From Eledone cirrhosa (lineage: Eukaryota): a stretch of DNA of 64,000 nt. The notes beneath the pieces were generated by a model. That model was not told the DNA's origin, made no database searches, and saw only the letters and a list, made by a program, of their open reading frames with translations. Positions 24,400 to 37,019 of the stretch are shown here, in pieces; the stretch's first letter is position 1, and each line of letters begins with the position of its first letter. A program made the translations under genes and the position numbers. The stretch spans positions 159,650,001-159,714,000 of the forward strand of contig OZ024742.1 of assembly GCA_964016885.1 (NCBI GenBank), in the 5' to 3' direction.

Positions 24400-24890
24400 C
24401 CTTTTAATTCAACCTAATGTTGATCTATTCTCTCTCCTATGCTTCGAGCTGTCTCACATTTAGCTAATTTCTCTCCAGAGGTTGCATCCACGAACATGAC
24501 ACTCTGGTATCTCTGGTTGTTGTACCATGAAGTGGCTTTCCCTATCTTATGTTTAGTCCTATCTATGCTATTCCATGATTTGTTCCTGTACAATGGGCAT
24601 ATCCCTTTCATGTCGAGAAGGCCTACTTAGCCTCATGCATTAGCTAACCTATTTAGAAAGACCCTAAGAAAGACGCATCTAAAGATTAAAGTGGTAGGAA
24701 CTACCATAAAATCCCTGATCAAAACATACCCCTTTAAGAAAACTCACTGTACTAATAGGAAATGTGTTATATGTAGAAAAAAATCCACAAATAAATTGTA
24801 AAACTAAAAATGTAGTCTATAGCATAAGCTGTAGACAAGTTACTTGCAGAAACATGACAACGACATACATAGGTGAGATGTATGAATTAT
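24400..24890. mobile_element. Penelope-like fragment, part on each strand (linker and GIY-YIG start)
   Basis: Minus: PLYR..W..SVMFVDATSGEKLA. Plus: C..C..C..CKTKNVVYSISC...YIGE. Confidence 0.65.
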
Positions 24891-24899
24891 GAATGATTT

Positions 24900-27540
24900 G
24901 GTACTTTCAAAATGACTTTCTTCCAACACTTCAACGCCACTCATATGTGATTACCAATGGATACTCAGTATTTGGCAAAGATGAACATTTTCAAGCTTTT
25001 TATATTTAGGTGGTACATGACCCAAGTTTCACATGCACACAGCAATGAAGATAATATACATGATCTGTTCACCTTTATCTTTGTATCAATGGAAATTCCA
25101 CATTAACACCTGAGACGCCCATCTAATTTACTAAATGAATCACTTGCCTTCTTTATTCATAAAGAGATTTCATGTTCAAAGTTATTTGTCATGTTAACTG
25201 TTCCGCCTAAATACACAAATTTATCCACAACTTTCAATTATTTCCCATACACATAAATACTAGGCTCAATGAAGACCTTGCCCAGAGCAAGCAAATACAT
25301 GACAGCTGCCCAGACTCAGTGTCAACCCAACTTATTGCATACAAAAGAGTGCATCAGGTGCTGCATATCACTCTCAGAGTCAGAAACAAGATCACAGTCA
25401 TCTGCATTTTTAAATATTTACATATTAAAGAAGTAAACACCTTTGTTTTGGCAACAAACTGTCTATTGTTAAACAACTTACCTCTTGTACAACACCTGAT
25501 AAAACTCCAAGTGTGCAGTCCTCAAAAGCCACAAGGAAAACCATAGAGAGATACATTACAGACAGTGTAAGTGCTGGTATATCCCCTTGTTTTATTCAAC
25601 AAAAATGGGATTTGACGCCTGTCCACCTATATTGACACAAGCTTGCATACCTTCAAGAAAACCTCTCAGGACTGATATACTTGTCTGGACAACTGACTTT
25701 AGTAAGAATCTTCCATAAGGCACTCCTCCTCACTGTATTAAAAACATTTGTCAAGTTAATAATGAAATTTTACAAATCCATTCCCTGCTCATTGCACTTC
25801 TGCAGTTGCCCCATAGAATTGATCATGTCAGTTGTCTCTCTGCCACATCTAAATCCTCGCTGCAGCTCAGGAAGAACGTTACCAGTAATCTTATCAATTA
25901 ATCTGTTCAGTGTGATCCTACACATGACTTTTCCCACATCTGATAGGAGGGATATCAAACAATAATTACTAGTGTCATCCATTGCACCATTTCCTTTATT
26001 AAGCACAACAATCAATGCATCTTTCTTGTTTTGGGGAATGTTTTCTTCTTCCCAAACATTACATATCAGGTTTGGGAAAAGTCGAAGAATGTTTTGACTT
26101 CCACATTTAGCACAAATATCATCTATCCCTGGTGACTTTCAATTGTTGATTTTTTTTTTCACCCACTTCAACTTCATCCAAGGAAGGACTTTCTGTAAGT
26201 ACATCAGTTGTAGACTGATTAGGAACTGAGTTAATAAACTCCTCATTGAAGTGTTACCTCCACGCCAGAAGGATATTCTTTGAGTCTCTAAGCAATTCAT
26301 TACCATTCTGAGATTTCAGAGGTGCAATTGGAGAAGAATAAGGACCTTAGACTTCTTGCAATAAGTTGTAAAGTAGTTATGTATTGTCTCCTTCAACTAT
26401 ATTTCACTCCTTCTACCTCCTTGCCCACCTGCAAACACTCTCACCATTGCTGTCTTCTTTTCATTAAGTAGCACTTGAATCCCTTCCTCATTTTCCTCAA
26501 AATAGCTTCCAGGTTACCTATCAACAAAATTAAGAACAGCTGCCAAAGTATCATAAGTTTTGAGATTTCCCTATAAGTCATCACATCGAATCTCATCTAA
26601 CTTTCTCATTAAACATTTTTAATCTGAGCAATATTTCTTTTCGTTAGAACAACACCATATTCACATTTTCAGCTTCATCACAAATTTCACTGAAGTGTGA
26701 ATAAGACGATGGTCTGTCCAGCATTCAGCTCCCTGCAACACACAGACATGACAGCTATGCACAAGAGCAAAACCTATCATATGCCACTGCTTTGAACCTG
26801 GATGTTTACAGGTTGACTTATAATTCTTGTTCTGCTGGAAGAAAGTGTTAGATATACAAAGACTCCTGGCACTTGCAGAAGTAACAAGCCATTGCTATTA
26901 CATTTTCCAATGCCATGTTTACCAATCACATCCAAAGTTTTGTGGTCCTTCCCATTCCTAACATTAAAATCCCAACTATGAGAATTTTATCAGATAGAAG
27001 GATCTTCCAGACAAGTATTTTTAGGGAAAGATAAAATACAAGCATTACATTTTCTGTAGAGCAAATAGTCAGAGCATATACTCTCACAATTGTAATGAAT
27101 AGGTTCTTGGATATAGTGGAACCCTCATAGAAATAAGCCAATCAGAGAAGCCACGAGGAATCTCATCTAGTTTAGTTTGGAAGCAATTGTATTTTTAACA
27201 GCAAATGCAAATCCAGCTCCCTTCTTCCATGCTTCTAACCTTCCATTCCAAGAAAAAAATATATTCACCAGACCATTCCTGAAAATGACTCTCCTCAACA
27301 ACATGGTTTCAGAGAAGGCTACATCTTATAATGTTGAAGCTCTTTTGCCACAATAACTGATCTTCTTTCAGGATGAAACAATGTAGGTTCACAGTCTAAC
27401 AATGTTTGGATATTCCAGCAATCAATATTAGAAAGCCTGGGTTTTGGTTTTCTCACAGCAGCTGGATGACAACTGGGCCCAGGCTGTAGTGCCCTGGGAC
27501 ACCTGCTGAGACAGATGCTTTCACTCCCCATTACAGTATT
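24900..27540 (-). mobile_element. Old RTE/BovB-like LINE, heavily decayed
   Basis: WNIQTLLD..PERRS (APE start), KHPGSKQWH, LPELQRGFRCGRETTDM and KFVYLG remnants. Confidence 0.8.
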
Positions 27541-27789
27541 GCCACTGATTAATGCATCATTATTATTAACTGTTTTGCTTTTGGGAGCTAGAACCAGCCA
27601 TGTTCATGCAAATCATGTGAAAGATGTTTAAATCAAGTGATGCCTATGTTTGAAGCCTTTTAAGTAAAGGAAAGATGCTCAAAAGTTACCTTCCTCACTA
27701 AGCAGGGTATGTGGGGTTACTGGTTTAGTTGCTGACTATCTGACCATGCAACATACATACATATATATATTCTGCATGTAATAACTGAA

Positions 27790-29830
27790 TGTAATAACAG
27801 AAAGAACAGGACTAGTTAGGAAATTACAAGTACAATCCATTAATGGAACAGTAAAAATATATAAAATATTCCAAATATTTTGCATCTAATAACTCCATGT
27901 ACACATGTACAGATACAAAACATATGGACATGCACACATATAACTCTAAACATCCACATCCACATATAAAATAACATCCATACCTGCACATACATGCATC
28001 GGAACTCTCTGCACACAATAAAACAGTGGCTCACAATGTGTTTGCTGTGCCTGTCCTAACACCAACGTTTGGAATACTCAATTGGACGGTAGACAAAATT
28101 GATGTTAGGACTCGAAAAATACTAAACAACATTGGAAACTTCCACATCAACAATGATATAGACCGCCTCTACTTGAAACATGAGCAGGGAGGCAGAGGTC
28201 TAACATCAGTCCAGACAGCATTTGAGTGTTGCATCATATCCCTCTGACAACATCTAAAAACCTCAAAGCATAGGAGCCCATCTATTGAGCAAGTCTATCT
28301 GCATGAGACAGATAAGATCATGGGAGTAGGGAAGGTACTCCTTGAAAGATATTCCCTGCATGATAATAAAAAACTCACATCCAAGGAAATTTCCCAGCTG
28401 TACCGCAGTGAATCCATGGATGAAAAACTACATGCTTATCAGCGAAAAAATCATGCATGGGTATGTTGCCAGGAGGCTCCAGGGTGAGAGTAATATAGAT
28501 AAGGAAAGTAGTCTATCTTGGACAAGCAACCGCTATATTGGCTCCCACTTTGATGGATATGCTTTTGCATTCCAAGAACAGGAAATAACACAAAATACCT
28601 GATTCACAAAAGAGATAGGGTTGCAGGAAAAACACCTAGATGTGAAAAGTGCAGACTCTGCGGAATTAACATCGAAGATGTCACCTATGTCATAAGCAGC
28701 TGTAGGCATGATGTACTGGCCAAAACACTGTACAATGCAAGCCGTAGAAAAGATCGCCCTGACAATAAGCACATTAAAAGCTACAGCAATGTGGAAGACA
28801 TACAGATACATAATATGAAAGAGTACTGGTGGAATGTTCCAGTAAAAACCCCAATAAAGTGCAGGCATAACAGACCAGATATAATGATATGGGATAGGGA
28901 AAAGAAGGCATGCACAGTAGTGGAAGTTAGCTGCCCAGCAAATGCCAATATAATATCAAAGATTAACGAAAAGGAGAATATCTATGCAGAACTAATGAGA
29001 AATCTGCAGATACTCCCTGACTATACCTTCAGGTTTATGCCTGTGATTATTGGGGCACTGGAATATATTAGTAACTGCCTCAGTACAAATCTTGAGAAGC
29101 TGGGTTTCACAGAAACAGAAAGAACAGGACTAGTTAGGAAATTACAAGTATAATCCATTAATAGAACAGTAAAAATATGTAAAACATTCCCAAAATTCTG
29201 CATCTAATAAATGCATATACACTTGTACAGATACAAAGCATATGCACATACAACTCAAAACATACACATCCACTCATACAATAACATCCATACCTGCACA
29301 CATATGCATGCAGACATGCATATATATCTACCTAGTTGATGTGTAAATTCCAATGAGAGAGTCTTGTATCTATGTTAGAAACCGATTCTCTCTCTATTGG
29401 CAAAAAATTGTGAAATTATAAAACCAGAAGAACAACCATATTATTGTTGTTTGGGACCACACATTGAAAATTTGCTCTGTTGTAGAGATCAGCTGCCCTC
29501 TTGATGCCAACGTTGTAAGAAAAATACAAGAGAAGGAGGATATCTACAGACCATTGATGACGTGAGGAGTTCGCAGATCCAGTACCCAAGATACAGGTTA
29601 TATACCAACCCGCTTCGACCAACGTATAACTGAACTTGGATTTGTGGACAAAGAGCGCAGCTTCCTAATTCATAGACTACAAATGGCTGCGATAGCTGGC
29701 TACATCATAATTTGAAAAACATTCTAGCGATTCAACGGATGAAATTTCTTTTCTTTTACAACCATGCTACCAGGAAGGTGGCCGGTCAAAAATGTACTCA
29801 AAATTAAGAGGAAGAGAAACATACATACAT
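27790..29830 (+). mobile_element. R4/Dong-like RLE non-LTR element fragments in tandem
   Basis: HNVFAVPVLTPTFG..W, RLYLKHEQGGRGL, CRLC, HNRPDIMIWD..VEVSCP..KENIY (RLE). 27790-28020 repeats the 3' end at 29110-29330; another RLE remnant lies at 29430-29750. Confidence 0.82.
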
Positions 29831-30119
29831 ACATATACACACACATACATGCATCTTGCAGTTATTTGGCAATGTATTAAATAGAAAAATAAACTAATTA
29901 TAACAGAAAATTAGCTGACATACTTTTAGCTCGGCAGCAGTTGTTGTTATTGATAGTTATTACCTATGATTGAGTGATGATTGATGATGATCAAATAAAA
30001 CACAATACAATAATAATTAGAAAAAGAAAATGATTGATTGTAAACATAAAAACTTATTGACTAAGTTCATTGTCAGCAGCATACCTACTACTACTATTAC
30101 TGCTGCTGCTGCTGCTAAT

Positions 30120-30750
30120 AATAATGGTTTCTTATATAGGCACAAGGCCAGCAATTTTGGAGATGGGGAAAGTCAATTAAATCAACCCCAGCGCGTGACT
30201 GGTAATTTATTTTATCGACCCCGTAAGAATTTTAAGGCAAAGTTAACCTCGGCGGCATTTGAACTCTGAACGTAAAGGGCCGTAACTCTATGCTGCAAAG
30301 CATGGCGTCCGACCCTGTCCGATACTGCCAATCCAATAATAATAATTGTTTCTACTTTTGGCACAAGACCAGCAATTACCTAGTGTATTACTGGTACTTT
30401 ATTTTATCGACCCTGTAAGGATGAAAGGCAAAGTTAACCTTGGCAGGATTTGAACTCAGAATGGCAAGGGCCGCAACTCTATGCGTCCAACCGTCTACCG
30501 ATACTGCCAATCCCCAATCCAATAATAATAATGGTTTCTTATAAAGGGACAAGGCCAGCAATTTTGGGGGGAGGGGAAAGTCGATTAAATCAACCCCAGT
30601 GCATGAATGGTACTTTATTTTATCGACCCCGTAAGGATGAAAGGCAAAGTTAACCTCAGTGGGATTTGAACTCAGACTGTAAAGGGACGTAATTCTATGC
30701 TGCAAAGCATGGCACATGACCCTCTACTGATACTGTCAATCCACCACTAA
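30120..30750 (-). mobile_element. Three tandem SINE family 1 copies joined by (AAT)n
   Basis: Three successive cores tttatcgacccc..aaggcaaagttaacct..tttgaactc. Confidence 0.88.
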
Positions 30751-30825
30751 TAATAATAATAATAATAATAATAATATTAATAATGACTTCTTTATTAGCC
30801 ACACAGGGCTCGCAATAGGAAAATA

Positions 30826-31258
30826 TTAACCCTTTAATGTTCAAACCGGCCAAAACCGGCCAGAATTCTCTACTTTTTTCTGTTGAAACTGACTATAACT
30901 GTTCACTCAAACTGATGTTAAGGTATTGTTCTCAAAATAAATACTTTCAAAATCTCATAGATTCGATATTATGTGAGATAATTATGTGAGGTATAGCCTT
31001 TACCATGAAAATACAATAGTATATATAGAATAATTGTTTCTACCTTTGGCACAAGGCCAGCAATTACCCAGTACATTACTGGTACTTTATTTTATCGACC
31101 CCGCAAGGATGAAAGGCAAAGTCAACCTCAGCGGGATTTGAACTCAGATCGAAAAGGGACGTAACTATGCTGGAAAGCATGGCGTCCGACCCTCTACCGA
31201 TACTGCCAATCCACCGCCTTATAGTATATATAGAATAATGTGAATGTTAAAGGGTTAA
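30826..31258 (+). mobile_element. piggyBac-type MITE interrupted by a SINE (31035-31219, minus)
   Basis: TTAA|CCCTTTAA...TTAAAGGG|TTAA ends; the SINE is flanked by a 19-bp TSD atagtatatatagaataat. Confidence 0.8.
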
Positions 31259-31259
31259 G

Positions 31260-33300
31260 GACAGCACAGAACAGTACAGTGAGGGGTATTTTTGTGTAAA
31301 ATAAAATTTGTAACAGAGACAAAGAAATAACCTTTTAAAAAATCAAACATAACAAATTTCCCCAAAATGGGGAGATTCCGAATGTCACTCGTGGAAAAAA
31401 AAAAAGCCACGGTTACCCTGACCACTAGGCCAAGTCCCCTGTTTCAGTTGTTGTCCTCCAATCTACAGGCATATACTTAAGGCAGGCCCATTCACTCAAA
31501 CCATGCTCACCACCCTCACCCATCTTTCAACAAACTAAGCACTTCCTTCTACACCCTGATTTTCTCTTCAGCCGAAACCTGAAAAAGTTAAGCAGGGTCC
31601 GCTGAAGAAAGTGCTTGTCTTCAACCCTTTCAAATGTGTCTACCACACAATCTCATTTGCCATGGCCACCAGGCAGATAAAAACTTCTAAAGATAGCATC
31701 TTTATAATGCACTCACTTGATAGTTGAATCTATCCCAGAGATGCCAGCTGGTGTTCGACTTAAACACACAAGTCAGCAATACTTGGACACTTGATGAGCT
31801 ATTGCAAGATGGTTTTGTTGCCCTATGTGCATTCAGACAGGCCTGGCTGACAACATTTCTATACCTGTAGATTTTACTTCGAACTGGCAAAGCTCCTCAT
31901 GAGCACTGCCAGGTCAGGGACTTCTGGAAGTTATCCATGAGCTCTGGACCAAAAATCCTCTGGAAAAGAGTTGATTTTTGTTAATGGCCAGACCCTCCCT
32001 AAGAATGTTGTCATTTTTTCCTACCACTAAGCCTCTATAGAATGCCAAGGTGGAGTTTCCACCAATTGTACTGCCCAATTGGCTGAAGGCTGTGAGTGCT
32101 TGAAGACATTCCAGCTTCCAAGTGTTCCTTCTCGGTCTTTCTCCATTAAGAAGACAAGCTGGGGAAAAATGTGTCTAGCAAACGGTGACCACACATGCTC
32201 ACTGGAGATGTAACCTCAGCATATTTGTGCATCATCTGCCTCGGTATGCCCAATCCTCCACTCAGAGTCTGTTGACAGGAAGTAGACTGCTTGACTAGTG
32301 AAACCTGTCTCTTCCACAAAAAGTGAAAGAATAATAATAATGATTTCTTTATTGGCCAGTGGCACCAAAAACATTCAGGGAAATATTAATAAATATTGAC
32401 AATGAGGATTTACATAAAACGAGTAAAGAAAAATATTAACAACATTTTCTAATAATAGGAAGTACCACCTAAAGGTAATTAAGGATCCTCACAGATATGA
32501 GATCACACCAATCCCCATGGGCACCATAGGCAAGTGTCATTCAATTTTCTATTCTCTCCAGTCTACAGCCACATGCTTAGAATAGACCCTTTCACTCCAA
32601 CCATTCTCACTACATTCACCTACCTTTTAACAAATATACTTGGAGATGACAGTTCTTCCTTCCCCACCCTTACTTTCCTTTCCAAGTGGAACTTGAAAAA
32701 GTTAATGAAGGCTTAGCCAGAGAAGAATATGTCTGTCTTCAGTCCTTTCTGCCTTGTCCAAACAGGGTAAAAGAAGACACCAGGTTGATTTTCACAACAA
32801 CCATATCCATCGTACAAGGAACAACAGCAGTTTGACAAAATTCAACAAGTTTGAATGCACAGACATTGGGTGAGAGTGTAGAACAATTTCATTGCTCTGC
32901 ACTCATCTCAGAGAGGCCAATCTTTCAGCATTCTCAGCAATGCTTCTCCCTGACATCTCAGTGGCACTACTAGGTCTAGGATTTCTGGAAATTAAGTCCC
33001 CAAGGCAAAAGTGACCCAGAAAAGTTCATTCTGGTCAATGCTTAGAGTTCCTCTAAGAACATCCTCGCTCTTGCTCACCACTAGACCTGTATAGAATGCT
33101 AACATAGAATTTCAACCAACTGCATTGCCCAAGTTGTGGAGGGCTGTGAGCATCTGATAACATTCCAGTCTTTGCTTGACTCATGACTGCAACTAAGTGA
33201 AAGGGATAAGATGTAGTTAAACTCAACTGATAAAGGTCAACCACACCTGTTCACTGCTTAGGAATGTTTACAAATGCTGTAGCTTCAGTATATGTATGAA
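31260..33300 (-). mobile_element. Decayed Tx1-like LINE pieces, same family as 1-950
   Basis: 31900-31960 is the reverse complement of the atggacaacttccagaaatccctg region; the 31702-31890 ORF aligns with 22-363; Tx1 tails at ~30780 and ~32335. Confidence 0.7.
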
Positions 33301-33604
33301 CATCAATAGCCACAGTATAAAAGCAACATAGTCAAATATATATGAGCTGCAGAAAGACATGCTTGATAAAGGGTAACCACATATGTCCATTGTCTAGGAA
33401 CAATTGCCATAGGCTTAGCACATGTCTGCAGAGCACTAGCATGTCTCTATTTATTTGATTTCATTCTCATTTGAAAGTTGCAGTTAGTTCTCAGTGAATT
33501 TGATCCATCACTAAGTGTCCATTTTTATATGTCTATGAAAAAAGCTCACAGACTATTCTGTAAGGTGGTAGTACTGGTACCATGAAAAATGCTCACAATC
33601 CACG

Positions 33605-34800
33605 CTGTAATCAGAAAAAGGGAGGTAGGTGTAAAAGCCAAACTCGCTATTTTCAATTCGGTATTCGTGCCAACCCTTATCTATGGTCACGAATCTTGGG
33701 TAATGACCGAAAGAATACGATCGTGAATACAAGTGGCTGAAATGGGGTTATTCCAAAGGTTCTCTGGACTAACATTACTCGATAGAGTGCATAGTTCGGA
33801 GATCAGAGAATCACTGCAGGTAGAGCCACCCCTTCTCTGAATTGAGAGACCACAGTCTTGATACTATGAGCATGTGGTTAAAATGTCTCAAGAAAGAATT
33901 GCTTGATAGATTTTACAGGCAAAACCAACCAGCAGGAGCAGACCCTAGCAAGATGGTTGGATTGTAGCGAAAGAAATGTTTTTCACAGTGTTTTCTTTTC
34001 CCTTACAGACACGGTCACCAAGTGAGTGACCTGCAACCTCGCAAATAAGACAATAGATAAAATTCCCCCGATGGAAGGATTTAAGGCAACAGTTGTATGA
34101 AGAACATTTCCTAGTGCCATCAGTAAAATAACTACCGGTCATTATAAAAAGGGCGGTGGGTTGGCAGTATCGGTAGAGGGTCGGATGCCATGCTTTGACG
34201 CATAGAGTTACGGCCCTTGCCATTCTGAGTTCAAATCCCGCCGAGGTTAACTTTGCCTTTCATCCTTACGGGGGTCGATAAAATAAAGTACCAGTAATGC
34301 ACTGGAATAATTGCTGGCCTTGTGCCAAAAGTAGAAACAATTATAAATAGGTTGTCGTGTGGCTCTAGTGTCACTCAGTTCACTCCCTTTCCGTCTGAAC
34401 AACACAGCTTGTCCATATAACGGTTTATTTCTAGCTTCACACTGCCGACTACAACTTGTCATTTTTCTTTTAAGGGAAAATCCCATTGTAAATAAAAGAT
34501 TCGTGCACAACACTGAACACTATATTCATTTGTGAACACTATAATCAAACATAATACTTATGATTTGAAGTAATCAAATTTTTTTCTTTTTGTTGAAGGT
34601 AAGTAAAGATATAACCAGATATAAACCAGAATTGTTGGTATTTGTTGTGTTTGTCATTTCTTCCACAACAAATAAACTTCGCTTCAGAATAATATCCATG
34701 AGCTTTGCTGGTCTCACTTGGGCCGGATTAGTTGGAGAGGGTTGCTTCTGACAGGACCCTCTCAGAAATAAGTGAGCAAAGAAGAAGACCTCGACTGAGT
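33605..34800 (+). mobile_element. RTE (Rex3/Expander-like) 3' region, split by a non-RTE insert and a SINE (34151-34345)
   Basis: KAKLAIFNSVFVPTLIYGHESWVMTERIRS; related pieces at 44150-44400 (minus) and 49330-50100. Confidence 0.7.
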
Positions 34801-34842
34801 TTCAACAAGAGTCGCAATGAACAGCACAAATCATTATATATA

Positions 34843-34995
34843 TGCTTTCCAGCGTAGTTATGCCCCTTTACGATCTGAGTTCAAATCCCGCCGAGGTTAA
34901 CTTTGATTTCATCCTTACGGGATCGATAAAATAAAGTACCTGTAATGTACTTGGTAATTGCTGGCCTTGGGCCAAAAAAAGTAGAAACAATTATA
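34843..34995 (+). mobile_element. SINE family 1, 5'-truncated
   Basis: B-box, core and tail present. Confidence 0.8.
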
Positions 34996-35225
34996 TTAGA
35001 ACTCTTCATTGAATATGATTCGTTCAAACTCCCAACACTTGCACGTTATAAGAATATTAGATACTTTAACGGTAAACTCCGCCAGTTGCAGACTGGGCAA
35101 GAATATTAGAAGAAACCCCTAATTTCTTCCCTTGTAAATGCCATCAAAATGTTGTTTTTTTTAAAATCTTTACTTAATCTAAAATTTACGTATTTAAACC
35201 CTTTCCTATTTACAATTTCTCCAGA

Positions 35226-35281
<56 letters not shown>

Positions 35282-36505
35282 TCCTTTTTTACAAATAACA
35301 AAGGTTTTTTATTTACAATTGTATAAATTTACTGTAACACATAAGAACTACCATAACGCATCCTCTATATACCTGCAACTTCAAAAGTCAGAATTTTTTT
35401 ATTTCCCTTATCTAAACTCTTGGCTGGCTCTAAGTCTTTCAGGCCACTATATTGCCTGTCTGCCTGCTTAAGTTAGCAGGCAAACAAATATATAGATTTT
35501 AAGCGACGGAAGGACCGACGTGTGGGAAGGATATTTTATAAATAACGTTTGCCACGTACCTCATCTTCAACTTTATCAACTTTCTTGTGTTTATAGCCAG
35601 TATAACAATTACAGTTTTACTGCCTACACTATGGCAATTTCTATAATAGAAATTTCTGTTATCTAATAGGAAATGAGTTATCTGTATCTTACATACAGGA
35701 CATGATTTCATGGTCAATAATTGATTCTTTTTAAATATCTATTTTACATATATATAAATACATGTGTAGATAGCAAGTACTTATGATTGCCCGTCTCGTC
35801 GCTGACACATCGACTTTCGAAATTTATTAAACTTCTTGCGACTTGTAATTCGTAACATATTTATACGGTGAGTGCATATTATTTATATTGTATTTAAATT
35901 GTGTGGCAGCTCTAGTTTTCATATTTTTAAGCGATAGATAAAAGTATATATATAAGAGAGGAGGAGGGAGAAGAAGAAGAAATAATACGAGCGATCTGAA
36001 AAAAAGAATAGCACTAAACAGAAAAGGCATTACTATAACACCATTAATTACAAAAACAACTACTGTTACTACTACTACAATACCACCTCCAGCATCACTA
36101 ATTACTATAACAACAATAACACCAATCACTATTTCAACAACAAATCACTGCACGATTAAAAACAACAAGAAAATAAACCAAGGCAATGAGAACTATTAAA
36201 AAGAAGAAAAAGTGGGAGATGAATTTCGTCAAGTTCCATAACATTGCGGTCTACTTAGCGTGTGGATGCGAGACATTTAAGCACCATAACGTCTGAATAA
36301 TAACTCATGTTTACATAACATCTCAAACCTCCTCGTACAATCGACAAAGTGTAAAGAAATCTGTTTTTTTTTCTTCTTTTTCATGTGTATATCTATCTAT
36401 CGCTTGTTTGGCTGTTATTAATTGGTGATATTCATAGTTAAAACACCATGATTTTCGGATCTTCAATTTAGGTAAGTTTACAAGCTATGTATATTTATTT
36501 TTTTA

Positions 36506-36573
<68 letters not shown>

Positions 36574-37019
36574 AAAAATTGAACGGGAACAAAACAGAGA
36601 GGCAGTACGAACAAAGGTTTATTAGTTTCACATATATATATATATATATAATTCTTGATGTGAAATCGTGAGTTGATACCGATATTGTTATATATGTGGA
36701 GATGGTCATGTTGCCAATAAAAAGAAACTACGCACCCCTTGATTTTTTTACTTTATCTTTATTGCTCGTTATTCATTTGTTCATCAAAGTTCTTTCTTCA
36801 CACATTATGACTTCCTCGATGACTATCTGTTCTCTTTTGTGCCTCCTCTTCTTCCTGGTCTTAAACTTCTACTCCATCTTGTATTTTGTTTTGCCAATTT
36901 CCAAACTGGCCTGCAACCCATGGCTGGCGGTTGGTCTCATTTATGTGGGTAAAATGCAACTGATCAAGAAAACTAATTTAAAAAAATGGACATATATGAC
37001 GATTTAACGAGAAGATTGT

